From an uncultured Desulfobacterales bacterium (GTDB lineage Bacteria; Desulfobacterota; Desulfobaccia; Desulfobaccales; 0-14-0-80-60-11), in contig CAYZOP010000001.1 in NCBI GenBank assembly GCA_964480485.1, positions 431,541 to 495,540 of the forward strand: a stretch of 64,000 bases of DNA, read 5' to 3'. Under the pieces are notes generated by a model. The model made no database searches. It was given only the letters and a program-made list of their open reading frames with translations, and was not told the DNA's origin. The position numbers were made by a program, and so were the translations under genes. This document shows, in pieces, positions 36,890-46,481 of this stretch. The first letter of the stretch is position 1; every line of letters begins with the position of its first letter.

Positions 36890-37357
36890 ATGGAAAAAGG
36901 GCCTTTAACCCCGCTGAAATCCCGCTACCTGGTGGCCAACTTCATCGGCCTGGCCATGATCGCCTCGGTGTTCGCCTATGCCGGGGTGGTGGAGGTCCTG
37001 AAGCGGGCGCTGGACCCGTTTAGCGGCTTCGGCCACCTGACGCCGGATTTCCGGGAAGGATTGCGAAACGTCCTCCTGGGAGCAGCGGGGATCATTTACT
37101 TCGTTATCATGTTCGGCCAACGCAAATTGGTGGGCAGGAACCGGCAGTTGCTCCCGGTGGCCACCTTCCTCGCCTTTGTCCTGGCGGAGCTAGTGGCCAT
37201 TTTCGGGCTGATGCTCTTTTTGCTCACCGGCAAGTCCATCGATTTCTATATCTTCTTCGCCATCTCTTTGTTGTATTTCTGGGTCTATTTCCCCAAATAC
37301 TCCACCTGGGAGGAAGTCATGGGGGAGGCCCCGGCCGAACCCGACAAGCCCGCCTGA
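36890..37357 (+). CDS. Membrane protein of unknown function (4 TM)
   Basis: Four hydrophobic helices. The start could be ATG 36890 or TTG 36872. Confidence 0.58.
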   Translation: MEKGPLTPLKSRYLVANFIGLAMIASVFAYAGVVEVLKRALDPFSGFGHLTPDFREGLRNVLLGAAGIIYFVIMFGQRKLVGRNRQLLPVATFLAFVLAELVAIFGLMLFLLTGKSIDFYIFFAISLLYFWVYFPKYSTWEEVMGEAPAEPDKPA

Positions 37358-37377
37358 ACCGGCCACCCGGGTCCGCC

Positions 37378-38226
37378 ATGAACCGCGTCGGCATCTTCTA
37401 CCATCCGAGCTTCAGCCGCAAAAGTTACATGACCGTGGGCAACCGGCTGCGGGACTTCCCCGAGGCCCTGGAGGAGGTCCTGAAGCTTCCCAACGTGCGT
37501 ATTTTTGAATGCCCCCGGGCCGACGAAGAGCTGATCCTCAAGGTGCACGCCCCGGACATGCCCCGGCTGGTGGCCCGGGACAGCCTGTGCTCCACGGCCT
37601 ACGAGTCCGTGGGCGGGGTGGTGGCGGCCATGGAGGCCCTGGCCAAAGGCGAGCTCAGGCGGGCCTTCTGCTTCATCGGCGCCGGCGGCCACCATGCCGG
37701 CTACCGCCAGTTTTGGGGGGCCTGCTGCTTCAACGACGTGGTCATCGCCTTGACCCGGGTGCGGGAGATCAGCCCCTGGCGGCGATTCGCCATCTTTGAC
37801 ACCGACGCCCACCACGGGGACGGCACCCGGCAGTTGGTGGCCAGCGACCCTGAGGTGCTGCACGTCTGCTTCTGCGGCACGGACTACGCCTCGGCCGACG
37901 GCTCCAAGGTGGACGTGGACGTTTACCGCTTGGCCTGGCGGCCGGAGGTCAACCGGGACTACGTGGACGCGGTGCGCCGCCGCCTGCCCCTGGTGCCGCA
38001 ATTCAAACCCGATCTCCTGGTCTGGTATTACGGCTTCGACACCCACGCCGACGACTACGGCGCCCTGGGGCTCACGGAAGAGGCCTTCCTCGAGATCGCC
38101 GACCTCATGTGCTTCATAGCCGAAGACTGCGGCCTCCCCCTCCAGGTGGTCCTGGGGGGCGGCTCCCTGTCGCACCTGGCCGCGGCCACCATCCCGCCGA
38201 TCATTAAGCGCCTGGCCGCACCCTAA
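37378..38226 (+). CDS. Histone-deacetylase-family (arginase/deacetylase superfamily) enzyme
   Basis: GAGGHHAG, FDTDAHHGDGT, and a C-terminal GGGS... fit the class HDAC/AcuC-like metal site. Confidence 0.85.
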   Translation: MNRVGIFYHPSFSRKSYMTVGNRLRDFPEALEEVLKLPNVRIFECPRADEELILKVHAPDMPRLVARDSLCSTAYESVGGVVAAMEALAKGELRRAFCFIGAGGHHAGYRQFWGACCFNDVVIALTRVREISPWRRFAIFDTDAHHGDGTRQLVASDPEVLHVCFCGTDYASADGSKVDVDVYRLAWRPEVNRDYVDAVRRRLPLVPQFKPDLLVWYYGFDTHADDYGALGLTEEAFLEIADLMCFIAEDCGLPLQVVLGGGSLSHLAAATIPPIIKRLAAP

Positions 38227-38317
38227 AGGGCCCCGCCGGATTCGCACCGCCCGCCGGTAAAGTTACTGGTGCCGCGGCCCGATACCCAGACAAGATTACG
38301 GCTCAGGAGAGGGGAAG

Positions 38318-39232
38318 ATGCTCCAGGGGCAGGGGGAGACCGGCTTCTTCCGGCAAATCCTCGACAGTTTGCACGACGGCGTCTATTACGTTAACCGCCA
38401 GCGGCAAATCACCTATTGGAACCAGGCCGCCGAAGGCATCACCGGCTATGCGTCCTCGGAGGTCCTGGGGAGCCGCTGCTCCGACAACCTGCTCCGGCAC
38501 GTGGACGGCGAGGGCAACTGCCTCTGTCTGGGCTCCTGCCCCCTGGCCGCCACCCTGGAAGATGGGGAGGCCCGGGCCGCGGCGGTGTTCCTGCACCACA
38601 AGGCGGGGCACCGGCTGCCGGTGGCGGTGCGCATCTCCCCCTTGCGCAACCCCGCCGGCGAGATCGTCGGTGCGGTGGAGATCTTCCACGACAATTCTGA
38701 GGAGGTGGCCACCCTGGCGCGCCTCCGGGACCTGGAGGAAACCGCCTACCTGGACGCCCTCACCGGCATCGCCAACCGCAAGTACCTGGAGCTGTTCCTG
38801 GCCGCCAAGCTCAATGAATTCCAGCGCCACGGCTGGGCCTTCGGCCTGATCCTGGCGGATGTGGACCTCTTCAAAACGGTCAACGACACCTTCGGCCACA
38901 CTACCGGTGACCAGGTCCTCAAGATGGTGGCCCAAACCCTGGCCAGCAACTGCCGCTCTTTCGACTTGGTGGGCCGCTGGGGTGGCGAAGAATTTCTCTG
39001 CGTCATCGGCCACGCGCCCACTGCCCGCCACCTGCACCGCACCGCCGAGCGCCTCCGCCACCTGGTGCAGCACTCCTGGGTCTCCTTAGGGGAGTTGACC
39101 ATCCGGGTGACGGTTTCCCTGGGAGCCACCCTGGCCCGCCCGGAAGATACCATCCCGGCCATGATCCAGCGGGCCGATGCCCTGCTATACCGCAGCAAGG
39201 CGGGCGGGCGCAATTGCGTTTGCCTGGGATGA
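38318..39232 (+). CDS. PAS-GGDEF diguanylate cyclase
   Basis: A PAS domain with a Cys cluster. It is followed by DALTGIANRKY, the active site RWGGEEFLCV (GGEEF), and an I-site-like RSFD. Confidence 0.88.
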   Translation: MLQGQGETGFFRQILDSLHDGVYYVNRQRQITYWNQAAEGITGYASSEVLGSRCSDNLLRHVDGEGNCLCLGSCPLAATLEDGEARAAAVFLHHKAGHRLPVAVRISPLRNPAGEIVGAVEIFHDNSEEVATLARLRDLEETAYLDALTGIANRKYLELFLAAKLNEFQRHGWAFGLILADVDLFKTVNDTFGHTTGDQVLKMVAQTLASNCRSFDLVGRWGGEEFLCVIGHAPTARHLHRTAERLRHLVQHSWVSLGELTIRVTVSLGATLARPEDTIPAMIQRADALLYRSKAGGRNCVCLG

Positions 39233-39385
39233 GCTGATCTCCCCTCCGGGTGGGGATCCCTCCCCTTGATCCTGCCCGCCGCCCCTCCCTCCTGTTAAAT
39301 TTTTATCCCTTATTTCGGGGAGGGTTGTTTCTCACGAAACCATGCCTATTTTCTGTATAAGCTCATTTCAGGGAGGATAAAACCC

Positions 39386-39862
39386 ATGGCTGATCCGGTG
39401 GTGGAAAAAGTTCCCCAGGGCTACCGGGTGGACGGAGTGGATCTGCTCCGGAAAAACTGCGGCTGCGGCGGCCTTTCCGGCCCGGGAGGGGCGGGTATCG
39501 GCGATTGCTGCATGACCTACTCCACGGTCAAGCACGAGGGCAATGTCTATTACTTTGTGGCCAAATACACCACTCCCAATACCACGCTGAACATCGAGTA
39601 CGGCTACCGGGTGAAGAAAGGGGATACCGAGGTGGATGTGCACGTCTATGACACCAAGGGCCCCAAGACCTTCAAATACGGCGGCGCCCCCCCGCCGGAC
39701 CTGGCCGTCTGGCAGGGCAAGGGCTGGGAGGTGGTCTCCCGGTTTGAACGCAACATCGAAGGCACCGGCGAGCCCATGCCGGAGTGGTGCAGCCCCGAGG
39801 CCTGCCTCCGGCCCGACATCGCCCTGATGTCGCCCCACGGAGAAAAGAAGAAGGAACGTTGA
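39386..39862 (+). CDS. Hypothetical protein (158 aa), Cys-containing N-terminus (CGCGG...DCC)
   Basis: An SD (GGGAGGA) lies upstream. The composition is coding-like (YYFVAKYTTPNTTLNIEYGYRVKKGDTEVDVHVYD), and no family was recognised. Confidence 0.58.
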   Translation: MADPVVEKVPQGYRVDGVDLLRKNCGCGGLSGPGGAGIGDCCMTYSTVKHEGNVYYFVAKYTTPNTTLNIEYGYRVKKGDTEVDVHVYDTKGPKTFKYGGAPPPDLAVWQGKGWEVVSRFERNIEGTGEPMPEWCSPEACLRPDIALMSPHGEKKKER

Positions 39863-39927
39863 GGGCAAGGCCGGGAAGCAGTGGCTTCACCGCCCTTCTC
39901 CCCAAATCTCCAGGCAACTCCCCCACC

Positions 39928-40389
39928 TCACCGCTGCGGCTCCAGGACCAGATCGAAGGTCCCCCGGGTGGTGCCGCTTTGGGGGTAGTGCTGGGTGATC
40001 AGGGGGCGGTACCCCGGGGCGGAAACTTTCAGATGAATATGCGGGGGCCGAAAGGTGTAGCGCGGCGGGAAGTTGCTTTCGAAGCGGTAGCCCCCGTCCT
40101 GGTCGGAAAACAGCGTGGCCCGGTGGTCGTCGTCATACTTGCCGTCGGGCCCTGCCAGCCACAACTCGATCTGCGCCCCGGCCAGCGGCAGGCAGGTGCC
40201 GGCGGCCCTGACCGTGCCGCTCAGGACATAGCCCTGGCCGACGCTGGCCCGCACTGGCGCGCCCGGTTGATAAAACGGCCCCAGCGCGTCGGGCGCGGTG
40301 GGCCGGCACCGGTCCCGGGAATCGGCCGACCCTGCGGCCAGGCAGACCACAAGAGCCAGAAACAGCCCGCCGCCATACAGTTTTTCCAT
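39928..40389 (-). CDS. Exported intradiol-dioxygenase-fold (protocatechuate dioxygenase-like) protein
   Basis: The ATG at 40389 is preceded by GGGAGG. A signal-like N-terminus is followed by GPFY...G.V.....C.PL..A.IE.W...DG.Y...YRF....P..Y..RP.HIH.KV, a dioxygenase_C-type pattern. Confidence 0.68.
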   Translation of the reverse strand: MEKLYGGGLFLALVVCLAAGSADSRDRCRPTAPDALGPFYQPGAPVRASVGQGYVLSGTVRAAGTCLPLAGAQIELWLAGPDGKYDDDHRATLFSDQDGGYRFESNFPPRYTFRPPHIHLKVSAPGYRPLITQHYPQSGTTRGTFDLVLEPQR

Positions 40390-40567
40390 TGCCGCCTCCC
40401 ATCCGGGGGGGGCGGCCGTCGGCCGGCCCTTCCCCTTCCTGGCCCGCCGGCCTGGCCACCTCCCCCAAACAACCTTTTTCACCCCCTGCTAAACCTGTTT
40501 GCCATCAAATCATCATCAGTGCTCCCGGCCCGGGAAGCCAGAGCCCGGGTATTTTCCGGTGCACCGT

Positions 40568-40596
40568 TTGGGGAATCAGGCCGGATTTGCTATAAT
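40568..40596 (+). promoter_or_regulatory. Candidate sigma-70 promoter for prfA-prmC
   Basis: TTGGGG, 17 nt, then (TGC)TATAAT. Confidence 0.4.
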
Positions 40597-40625
40597 TATA
40601 AGAAAGGCCTCGGCCTTCTTTGCCT

Positions 40626-41693
40626 ATGTTAACCCAGCGATTGCAGACCATCGAAACCCAATTCGCCGACCTGGAAAAGCGCCTGGCCGACCCGGAGCTC
40701 ATCCGCAACCAGGAGGAATACCAGAAGGCCAGCAAGGAACACGCCGAGCTGGCTCCGCTCATCCAGGCTTTCCGACGCCTGCGCCAGGTGCAGAAAGAGC
40801 TGGCCGACAGCCTGAGCCTGGTCAAGGAAGACACGGACGAAGAGCTCAAGGCCCTGGCCCGGGAAGAGGTGCAGGCCCTGAAGGAACAGCAGGCCGAATT
40901 GGAGGAGGAGCTAAAGTTCCTGCTGCTCCCCAAGGACCCCAACGACGAAAAAAACGTCATCCTGGAAATCCGGGCCGGCACCGGCGGAGAGGAGGCCTCC
41001 CTGTTCGCCGCCGATCTCTTCCGGATGTACACCCGGCTGGCCGAGCGCCGGGGCTGGAAGGTGGAGGTCCTGAGCCACTCCACCACCGGCTTGGGGGGCC
41101 TCAAAGAAATCGTCGCTGCCATCTCCGGCGACCGGGTTTACAGCCAGCTCAAATACGAGAGCGGCACCCACCGGGTGCAGCGGGTGCCGGAAACCGAGTC
41201 CCAGGGCCGCATCCACACCTCCGCGGTCACCGTGGCCATCCTGCCGGAGGCCGAAGAGGTGGACGTGCACATCAACCCGGAAGAGCTGCGCATCGACGTC
41301 TTCCGGTCCTCGGGGCCCGGCGGCCAGTCGGTGAACACCACGGACTCGGCGGTCAGGGTGACGCACCTGCCCACCGGCCTGGTGGTCACCTGTCAGGACG
41401 AAAAATCCCAGCACAAGAACAAGGCCAAGGCCCTGAAAGTGCTCCGGGCCCGCCTCTTGGACGCCAAACTCCAGGCCCAGCAGGCCCAGATCGCCCGGGA
41501 GCGCAAAAGCCAGGTGGGCACCGGCGACAGAAGCGAACGCATCCGCACCTACAATTTCCCCCAGGGCCGCATCACCGACCACCGCATCGGTTTGACGGTC
41601 TATCGGCTCACCGAGGTCCTGGATGGGGAACTGGACGAATTCATCCAGGCCCTCACCACCCATTTCCGCACCCAGGCCCTCCAGCAGGCGTAA
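40626..41693 (+). CDS. prfA: Peptide chain release factor 1
   Basis: A PxT-type region and [13 protein letters not shown] (GGQ motif). The alternative TTG start lies at 40620. Confidence 0.96.
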   Translation: MLTQRLQTIETQFADLEKRLADPELIRNQEEYQKASKEHAELAPLIQAFRRLRQVQKELADSLSLVKEDTDEELKALAREEVQALKEQQAELEEELKFLLLPKDPNDEKNVILEIRAGTGGEEASLFAADLFRMYTRLAERRGWKVEVLSHSTTGLGGLKEIVAAISGDRVYSQLKYESGTHRVQRVPETESQGRIHTSAVTVAILPEAEEVDVHINPEELRIDVFRSSGPGGQSVNTTDSAVRVTHLPTGLVVTCQDEKSQHKNKAKALKVLRARLLDAKLQAQQAQIARERKSQVGTGDRSERIRTYNFPQGRITDHRIGLTVYRLTEVLDGELDEFIQALTTHFRTQALQQA

Positions 41694-42680
41694 ATGACCG
41701 AGCCCCCCCGGACCTGGACCATCCTGGCGGTGCTCAAATGGACCACCAGCTATTTTCAGGAAAAGGGGGTGGCGGAGCCCCGGGCCTCCGCCGAGGTCCT
41801 GTTGGCCCACATCCTGGGCGTGAGCCGCCTGGACCTGTATCTGCGGCACGATCAACCCCTCACCCCCGAGGAACTGGCCTCGTTCAAGGCCCTCATCCGC
41901 CGCCGGGTCCAAGGCGAACCCACCGCCTACCTCACCGGCCACAAGGAATTCTGGTCCCTGGACTTTCTCGTCACTCCCGCCACCCTCATCCCCCGCCCGG
42001 AGACCGAAGTGCTGGTGGAGGGCTTGCTGGAAGTTGTGGGGGAGAAGGCTAAGGGCCTGCGGCCTTTCCACCCTCCCCCACACCCCCTCCCCCAATACCA
42101 TATGCACGGGTGGGAGAGGGAGGAGGCAGCTGCGCCCCCTGCCCTTCCTTCCCCCTCGCCCCTCGCGCTGGAGGTGGGGGTGGGGTCAGGGGCGGTGGTG
42201 GTGGCGTTGGCCCGAGAGTTGCCCGGATGGCGTTGGTTGGGGGTGGACATCTCCGCCGGGGCGTTGGCGGTGGCCCGGGAGAATGCCCGGCGTCTAGGGG
42301 TAGCCCACCAGGTGTGGTTCCTCCAGGGCAACCTGTTGGCCTGCCTCAAACCCGGCCCCCGGTTTCAGGTTATCGTGGCGAATTTGCCTTACATCTCCCA
42401 GGAGGAATGGGACAGCCTGCCGGTGGAGGTCAGGGAATATGAACCCCGGACGGCATTGTGGGGCGGGCCGGACGGTTTGGCGCTCCTGACCCCCTTTTGT
42501 CGGGCAGCACACCGGTTTCTGGCTCCCGGAGGCTGGTTGGCGCTGGAGGTGGGCGCAACCCAGGCGGAGGTGGTTGTGGCTCTACTGGCGGAATCGGAAG
42601 GGTATGCCCGGCTGGAGACCCTCACCGATTACCGGGGCCTCCCTCGCGTCATTCGGGCCAGGCGAGTCGGGAAGGATTAA
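41694..42680 (+). CDS. prmC: Release-factor glutamine N5-methyltransferase with an in-frame ~40-aa repeat-derived insertion
   Basis: FLVTPATLIPRPETEVLVE ... [GEKAKGLRPFHPPPHPLPQYHMHGWEREEAAAPPALPSPSP] ... LEVGVGSGAVVVALA ... VANLPYI (NPPY-type motif). It follows prfA directly. Confidence 0.9.
   Translation: MTEPPRTWTILAVLKWTTSYFQEKGVAEPRASAEVLLAHILGVSRLDLYLRHDQPLTPEELASFKALIRRRVQGEPTAYLTGHKEFWSLDFLVTPATLIPRPETEVLVEGLLEVVGEKAKGLRPFHPPPHPLPQYHMHGWEREEAAAPPALPSPSPLALEVGVGSGAVVVALARELPGWRWLGVDISAGALAVARENARRLGVAHQVWFLQGNLLACLKPGPRFQVIVANLPYISQEEWDSLPVEVREYEPRTALWGGPDGLALLTPFCRAAHRFLAPGGWLALEVGATQAEVVVALLAESEGYARLETLTDYRGLPRVIRARRVGKD
42037..42163. repeat. G/C-rich composite palindromic element, full copy, located inside the prmC reading frame
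   Basis: GGGGGAGAAGGCTAAGGGCC-TGC-GGCCTTTCCACCCTCCCCC / CCCCCTCCCCCAATACC..GGGTGGGAGAGGGAGG / GGAGGCAGC-TGC-GCCCCCTGCCC. Confidence 0.7.
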
Positions 42681-42919
42681 AAGGTGAATTCGGCCTTGAG
42701 GACCCCGGCGTTGCCCTCCCCCTTGCGGGGATTGGCATCGTATGTCTTCCAGCCTTCCAGGTTCGTTGCGGAAAATCGCACCGACTGGCCGTTTTCGTTG
42801 GTTTTTTCGTAAAAATTGCCCGATACCAGAGATGCGGCCACTCCACCGGTGGGGCCGCCGCAGCCGCTGGCCAACAGGACCAGGACTGCGACTTTCGCCA
42901 ATACCCGACGGACCTTCAT
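42677..42919 (-). CDS. Small lipoprotein (hypothetical)
   Basis: MKVRRVLAKVAVLVLLASGCGG is a signal peptide plus lipobox. The ATG at 42919 is internal to track ORF 42677..42991. Confidence 0.55.
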   Translation of the reverse strand: MKVRRVLAKVAVLVLLASGCGGPTGGVAASLVSGNFYEKTNENGQSVRFSATNLEGWKTYDANPRKGEGNAGVLKAEFTF

Positions 42920-43227
42920 GCCCCCTCCCCGCCAGTTTCCGATCCCTTCGGAGACTTGGCTCAGAACAGCCTCCGGTTGCTCAGCTGCCATGACTCAACC
43001 GCACAAACAAGGTTTACGGGGTTGGCCAAGTTGCCCGGGTTTGGCGGCCACATGTCACTTCACCGCCGGTGGAGGGTGCCGGACAAAGCGTGTGGGGGCC
43101 ACACGGGGTGGGAATCCGGGGTGGAAAGAGCCCAGTCCGGCCCTGGGCTTCCCCCACCCATGATGGGGCCACCATAGCACCATTTCAGCCAAACCGCAAG
43201 ACAATTCTGTTGAGCGGGTCAAGGGCC

Positions 43228-44493
43228 TCACAAGGACGCAGGCCCGACGATGGTGCCGGCCACTGCCGATGCCGCGGTCACCGCCGGGTTGGCCAGATAG
43301 ACCTGGGACTGAGGATGGCCCATGCGGCCGGTGAAGTTGCGGTTGGTGGTGGCGATGGCCACCTCGCCAGGAGCCAGGATGCCCATATGGCCGCCCAGGC
43401 AGGGCCCGCAGGTGGGCGGGCTCACCACCGCCCCGGCCTCCATGAAGACCCTGATGAGGCCCTCGTCCAGGGCCTGCCGGTAGATGAGGGGCGTGGCCGG
43501 AATGACGATGAGGCGCACTCCTTTGGCCACGGTGCGGCCTTTGAGAACCTTCGCCGCCAACCGCAAGTCCTCCAGCCTGCCGTTGGTGCAGGAGCCGATG
43601 ACCGCCTGGTCGATCCTGATGCCCTCGGCCTGGGACACCGGGTGCACGTTCTCCGGCGACGGCGGAAAGGCCACCAGGGGCTCCAGCCTGCTGACGTCGT
43701 AGGTCTTGCTGAAGGCGTAAGCCGCGCCCGGGTCGCTGGCATAGCATCGGTACGGCCGTAAAGCCCGCCCCTGGACATAGGCCAGGGTGATGTCGTCCGG
43801 CGCCATGATGCCGTTTTTGGCCCCGGCCTCCACCGCCATGTTGGCCATGGACAGGCGCTCCGCCATATCCAGCCGATCGATGACCTCCCCCACAAACTCC
43901 ATGGCCATGTAACGGGCGCCATCCACCCCGATGTCGCCGATGGTATGCAAAATCAGGTCCTTGCCCGTTACCCAGGGGGGACAGGCCCCCAGGTACTCGA
44001 AGCGGATGGACTCGGGCACCTTGAACCAGGCCTCGCCGGTGATCATGGCCGCGGCCAGGTCGGTGGAGCCCACTCCGGTGGCAAAGGCCCCCAGGGCCCC
44101 ATAGGTGCAGGTGTGGCTGTCTGCGCCGATGATCAGGTCCCCCGGGCCCACAATGCCCTTTTCTGGCAGCAGGGCATGCTCCACCCCCATCTCCCCGCCG
44201 TCATAGAAATGGGTAAGCCCCTGCTCCCGGGCGAATTCCCTCAGCGTCTGGCACTGGATGGCCGAGGCGATGTCCTTGTTGGGCGCGAAGTGGTCCGCCA
44301 CCAGCACCACCCGCTCCGGGTCAAAGACCTTCTTGGCCCCAGACTCCCGGAACTCCCTGATGGCAATGGGCGCCGTGATGTCGTTCCCCAAGGCAATGTC
44401 CACCGTGGCCAGGATCAACTCCCCCGGCTCCACATACTCTCGGCCGCAATGCGCCGCCAAAATCTTTTGCGTTATCGTCTGCGGTTTTGCCAT
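43228..44493 (-). CDS. leuC: 3-isopropylmalate dehydratase large subunit (archaeal/short type)
   Basis: TITQKILAAH..., ADHFAPN, GADSHTCTYGA, and the CGPCLGG cluster ligands. The ATG at 44493 has GGAG 7 nt upstream, and the track start at 44508 is also possible. Confidence 0.92.
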   Translation of the reverse strand: MAKPQTITQKILAAHCGREYVEPGELILATVDIALGNDITAPIAIREFRESGAKKVFDPERVVLVADHFAPNKDIASAIQCQTLREFAREQGLTHFYDGGEMGVEHALLPEKGIVGPGDLIIGADSHTCTYGALGAFATGVGSTDLAAAMITGEAWFKVPESIRFEYLGACPPWVTGKDLILHTIGDIGVDGARYMAMEFVGEVIDRLDMAERLSMANMAVEAGAKNGIMAPDDITLAYVQGRALRPYRCYASDPGAAYAFSKTYDVSRLEPLVAFPPSPENVHPVSQAEGIRIDQAVIGSCTNGRLEDLRLAAKVLKGRTVAKGVRLIVIPATPLIYRQALDEGLIRVFMEAGAVVSPPTCGPCLGGHMGILAPGEVAIATTNRNFTGRMGHPQSQVYLANPAVTAASAVAGTIVGPASL

Positions 44494-44516
44494 GCTCTGC
44501 TCCTGCATGATGTTGG

Positions 44517-44558
44517 TGGGGAAGGGGGCAGGGGCTTCGAAGCCCCTGGCCCTCCCCC
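44517..44558. repeat. G/C-rich palindromic element, single M1 hairpin, leuA-leuC intercistronic
   Basis: GGGGAAGGGGGCAGGGGC-TTCGAA-GCCCCTGGCCCTCCCC. Confidence 0.7.
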
Positions 44559-44567
44559 CACTTCTCC

Positions 44568-46118
44568 TTACAATTCCTCCGGCTTCCCCAGCTTGGGGCC
44601 CATTTCCTTGGAGAACTTCAGGCGGTTCAGGCCGTTGATATAGGCCCGGGCGCTGGCAGTGACGATGTCCGGGTCCACCCCCTGGCCGGTGACGGTGTAG
44701 CCGTCGTCCTCCAGGCGCACCGACACCTCGCCCAGGGCTTCGGTGCCGCCGGTGATGGAGGACACCGAGAATTTCAGCAGCCGAGGCTTGGCCTGGGCCA
44801 GTTTGGTGATGGCCTTGTAGGTGGCGTCGATGGGGCCGTCGCCGAATTCGCTCACGGTTTTCAGCTCCCCGCCCACCCGCATCTTTACGGTGGCGCTGGG
44901 CTTCACCATGGTGCCGGTCAAGACCACCAGCTCCTCCAGCTTCAGATGTTCGGGCACCGACTTGTAGATGACCTCGGTCTCCACCAAGGATATCAGGTCT
45001 TCGTCGAACACCGTCTTCTTGCGGTCCGCCAGGTCTTTGAAGCGTACAAACACCCGATTGAGTTCGTCGTCGTTCAGGTAGAAGCCCATCTCCTGGAGCT
45101 TGGTGCGGAAGGCGTTGCGGCCGGAAAGTTTGCCCAGGGGCAGACTGGACTTTTTGATCCCCACGTCCTGGGGGGTCATAATCTCATAGGTGCTGGCCTC
45201 CTTGAGTACCCCGTCCTGGTGGATGCCGGACTCGTGGGCAAAGGCGTTGGCCCCCACGATGGCCTTGTTGGGCTGCACGATGACCCCGGTGAGTTTGCTC
45301 ACCAGGCGGCTGGTGGGAAAGAGATACTGGGTGACGATGTCGGTGTCCAGGTGAAAGAGGTCTTTGCGGGTGGTGAGGGCCATGACGATCTCTTCCAGGG
45401 AGGCGTTGCCGGCCCGTTCGCCGATGCCGTTGATGGTGCACTCCGCCTGGCGGGCGCCGTTGGCGATGGCGGCCAGGGTGTTGGCCACCGCCAGTCCCAG
45501 GTCGTTGTGGCAGTGCACCGAAATGATGGCCTTATGGATATTGGGAATGTGTTCCACCAGGTACTTGATCTTGGCGCCGAACTCGTGGGGGATGGTGTAG
45601 CCCACGGTGTCCGGGAAGTTCACCGTGGTGGCCCCGGCGTCGATGACCGCCTGGAATACCTTCGCCACATAGGCCAGGTCGCTTCTTCCCGCGTCCATGG
45701 CGGAAAATTCCACATTGGCGCAATATTTGGCGGCGTGCTTCACCGCCGCCACCGCCTGCTCCAGCACCTCTTCCCGGCTCTTTTTAAGCTGGTATTTCAG
45801 GTGAATGTCGGAGGTGGAGATGAAGGTGTGGATGCGGGGGGCGGTGGCCTCCTTAACCGCCTCCCAGGCGGCGTCGATGTCCTGGAAATTGGCCCGGGCC
45901 AGGGCGGCCACCTGGCAACCGCGGATTTCCCGGGCCACGGTCTTCACCGCCTCGAAGTCTCCCCTGGACGAGAAGGGGAACCCGGCCTCAATGACGTCCA
46001 CATTCAGGAGCTCCAACTGCCGGGCGATTTGCAGCTTCTCGTCAACATTCAGGCTGGCGCCCGGGGTCTGCTCGCCGTCCCGCAGCGTGGTGTCGAAAAT
46101 GAATACCTTTTCCGGCAT
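44568..46118 (-). CDS. leuA: 2-isopropylmalate synthase
   Basis: [32 protein letters not shown], and a C-terminal LeuA allosteric domain. GGAGGAGGA lies upstream of the ATG at 46118. Confidence 0.95.
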   Translation of the reverse strand: MPEKVFIFDTTLRDGEQTPGASLNVDEKLQIARQLELLNVDVIEAGFPFSSRGDFEAVKTVAREIRGCQVAALARANFQDIDAAWEAVKEATAPRIHTFISTSDIHLKYQLKKSREEVLEQAVAAVKHAAKYCANVEFSAMDAGRSDLAYVAKVFQAVIDAGATTVNFPDTVGYTIPHEFGAKIKYLVEHIPNIHKAIISVHCHNDLGLAVANTLAAIANGARQAECTINGIGERAGNASLEEIVMALTTRKDLFHLDTDIVTQYLFPTSRLVSKLTGVIVQPNKAIVGANAFAHESGIHQDGVLKEASTYEIMTPQDVGIKKSSLPLGKLSGRNAFRTKLQEMGFYLNDDELNRVFVRFKDLADRKKTVFDEDLISLVETEVIYKSVPEHLKLEELVVLTGTMVKPSATVKMRVGGELKTVSEFGDGPIDATYKAITKLAQAKPRLLKFSVSSITGGTEALGEVSVRLEDDGYTVTGQGVDPDIVTASARAYINGLNRLKFSKEMGPKLGKPEEL

Positions 46119-46146
46119 GGGAAATCCTCCTCCTCTAAAGTTGAAA

Positions 46147-46175
46147 AATATACCAGGACCGCGACCGCTTGTCAC
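46147..46175 (-). promoter_or_regulatory. Candidate internal sigma-70 promoter for leuA-leuC
   Basis: On the reverse strand, GTGACA, 17 nt, then TATATT, about 28 nt upstream of the ATG at 46118. Confidence 0.42.
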
Positions 46176-46481
46176 AGCCAGAGAAAAAAATACCGAAAGG
46201 AAGCGGGAAATAGGGGCCGGACGCCTAGGCGCCGGCTAGGAGGAGGCCCAGGGCCACCCGCCGCAGCGCGGCGGGCCGAAGGCTCCTGTCTACCCAAAGG
46301 GAGTGTGGGGGGTGAACCGGGGATTTTTTCATCCTGCATTAATTGTGGAGTATTTCCGGCACAATTGCAAGCTCAAAGGAATGTTTTGCAAGCAATTTCT
46401 CCTGTCCGGAAGTCGAGGCGATGGAGTGCAAGGGGATTCCGGAAGACCGGCCCCTTCCCTCCGATTAACCTTCGGTGATCT

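Noticed and set aside
46181-46481. Possible T-box or attenuator in the 300-nt leader upstream of leuA (GGGTGGCCC motif, U7 run at 46181-46190 on the reverse strand).
   Set aside because: The GGGUGG is not followed by NACCGCG. No stable hairpin immediately precedes the U-run. The GC-rich hairpins there align better with the M1 repeat family.
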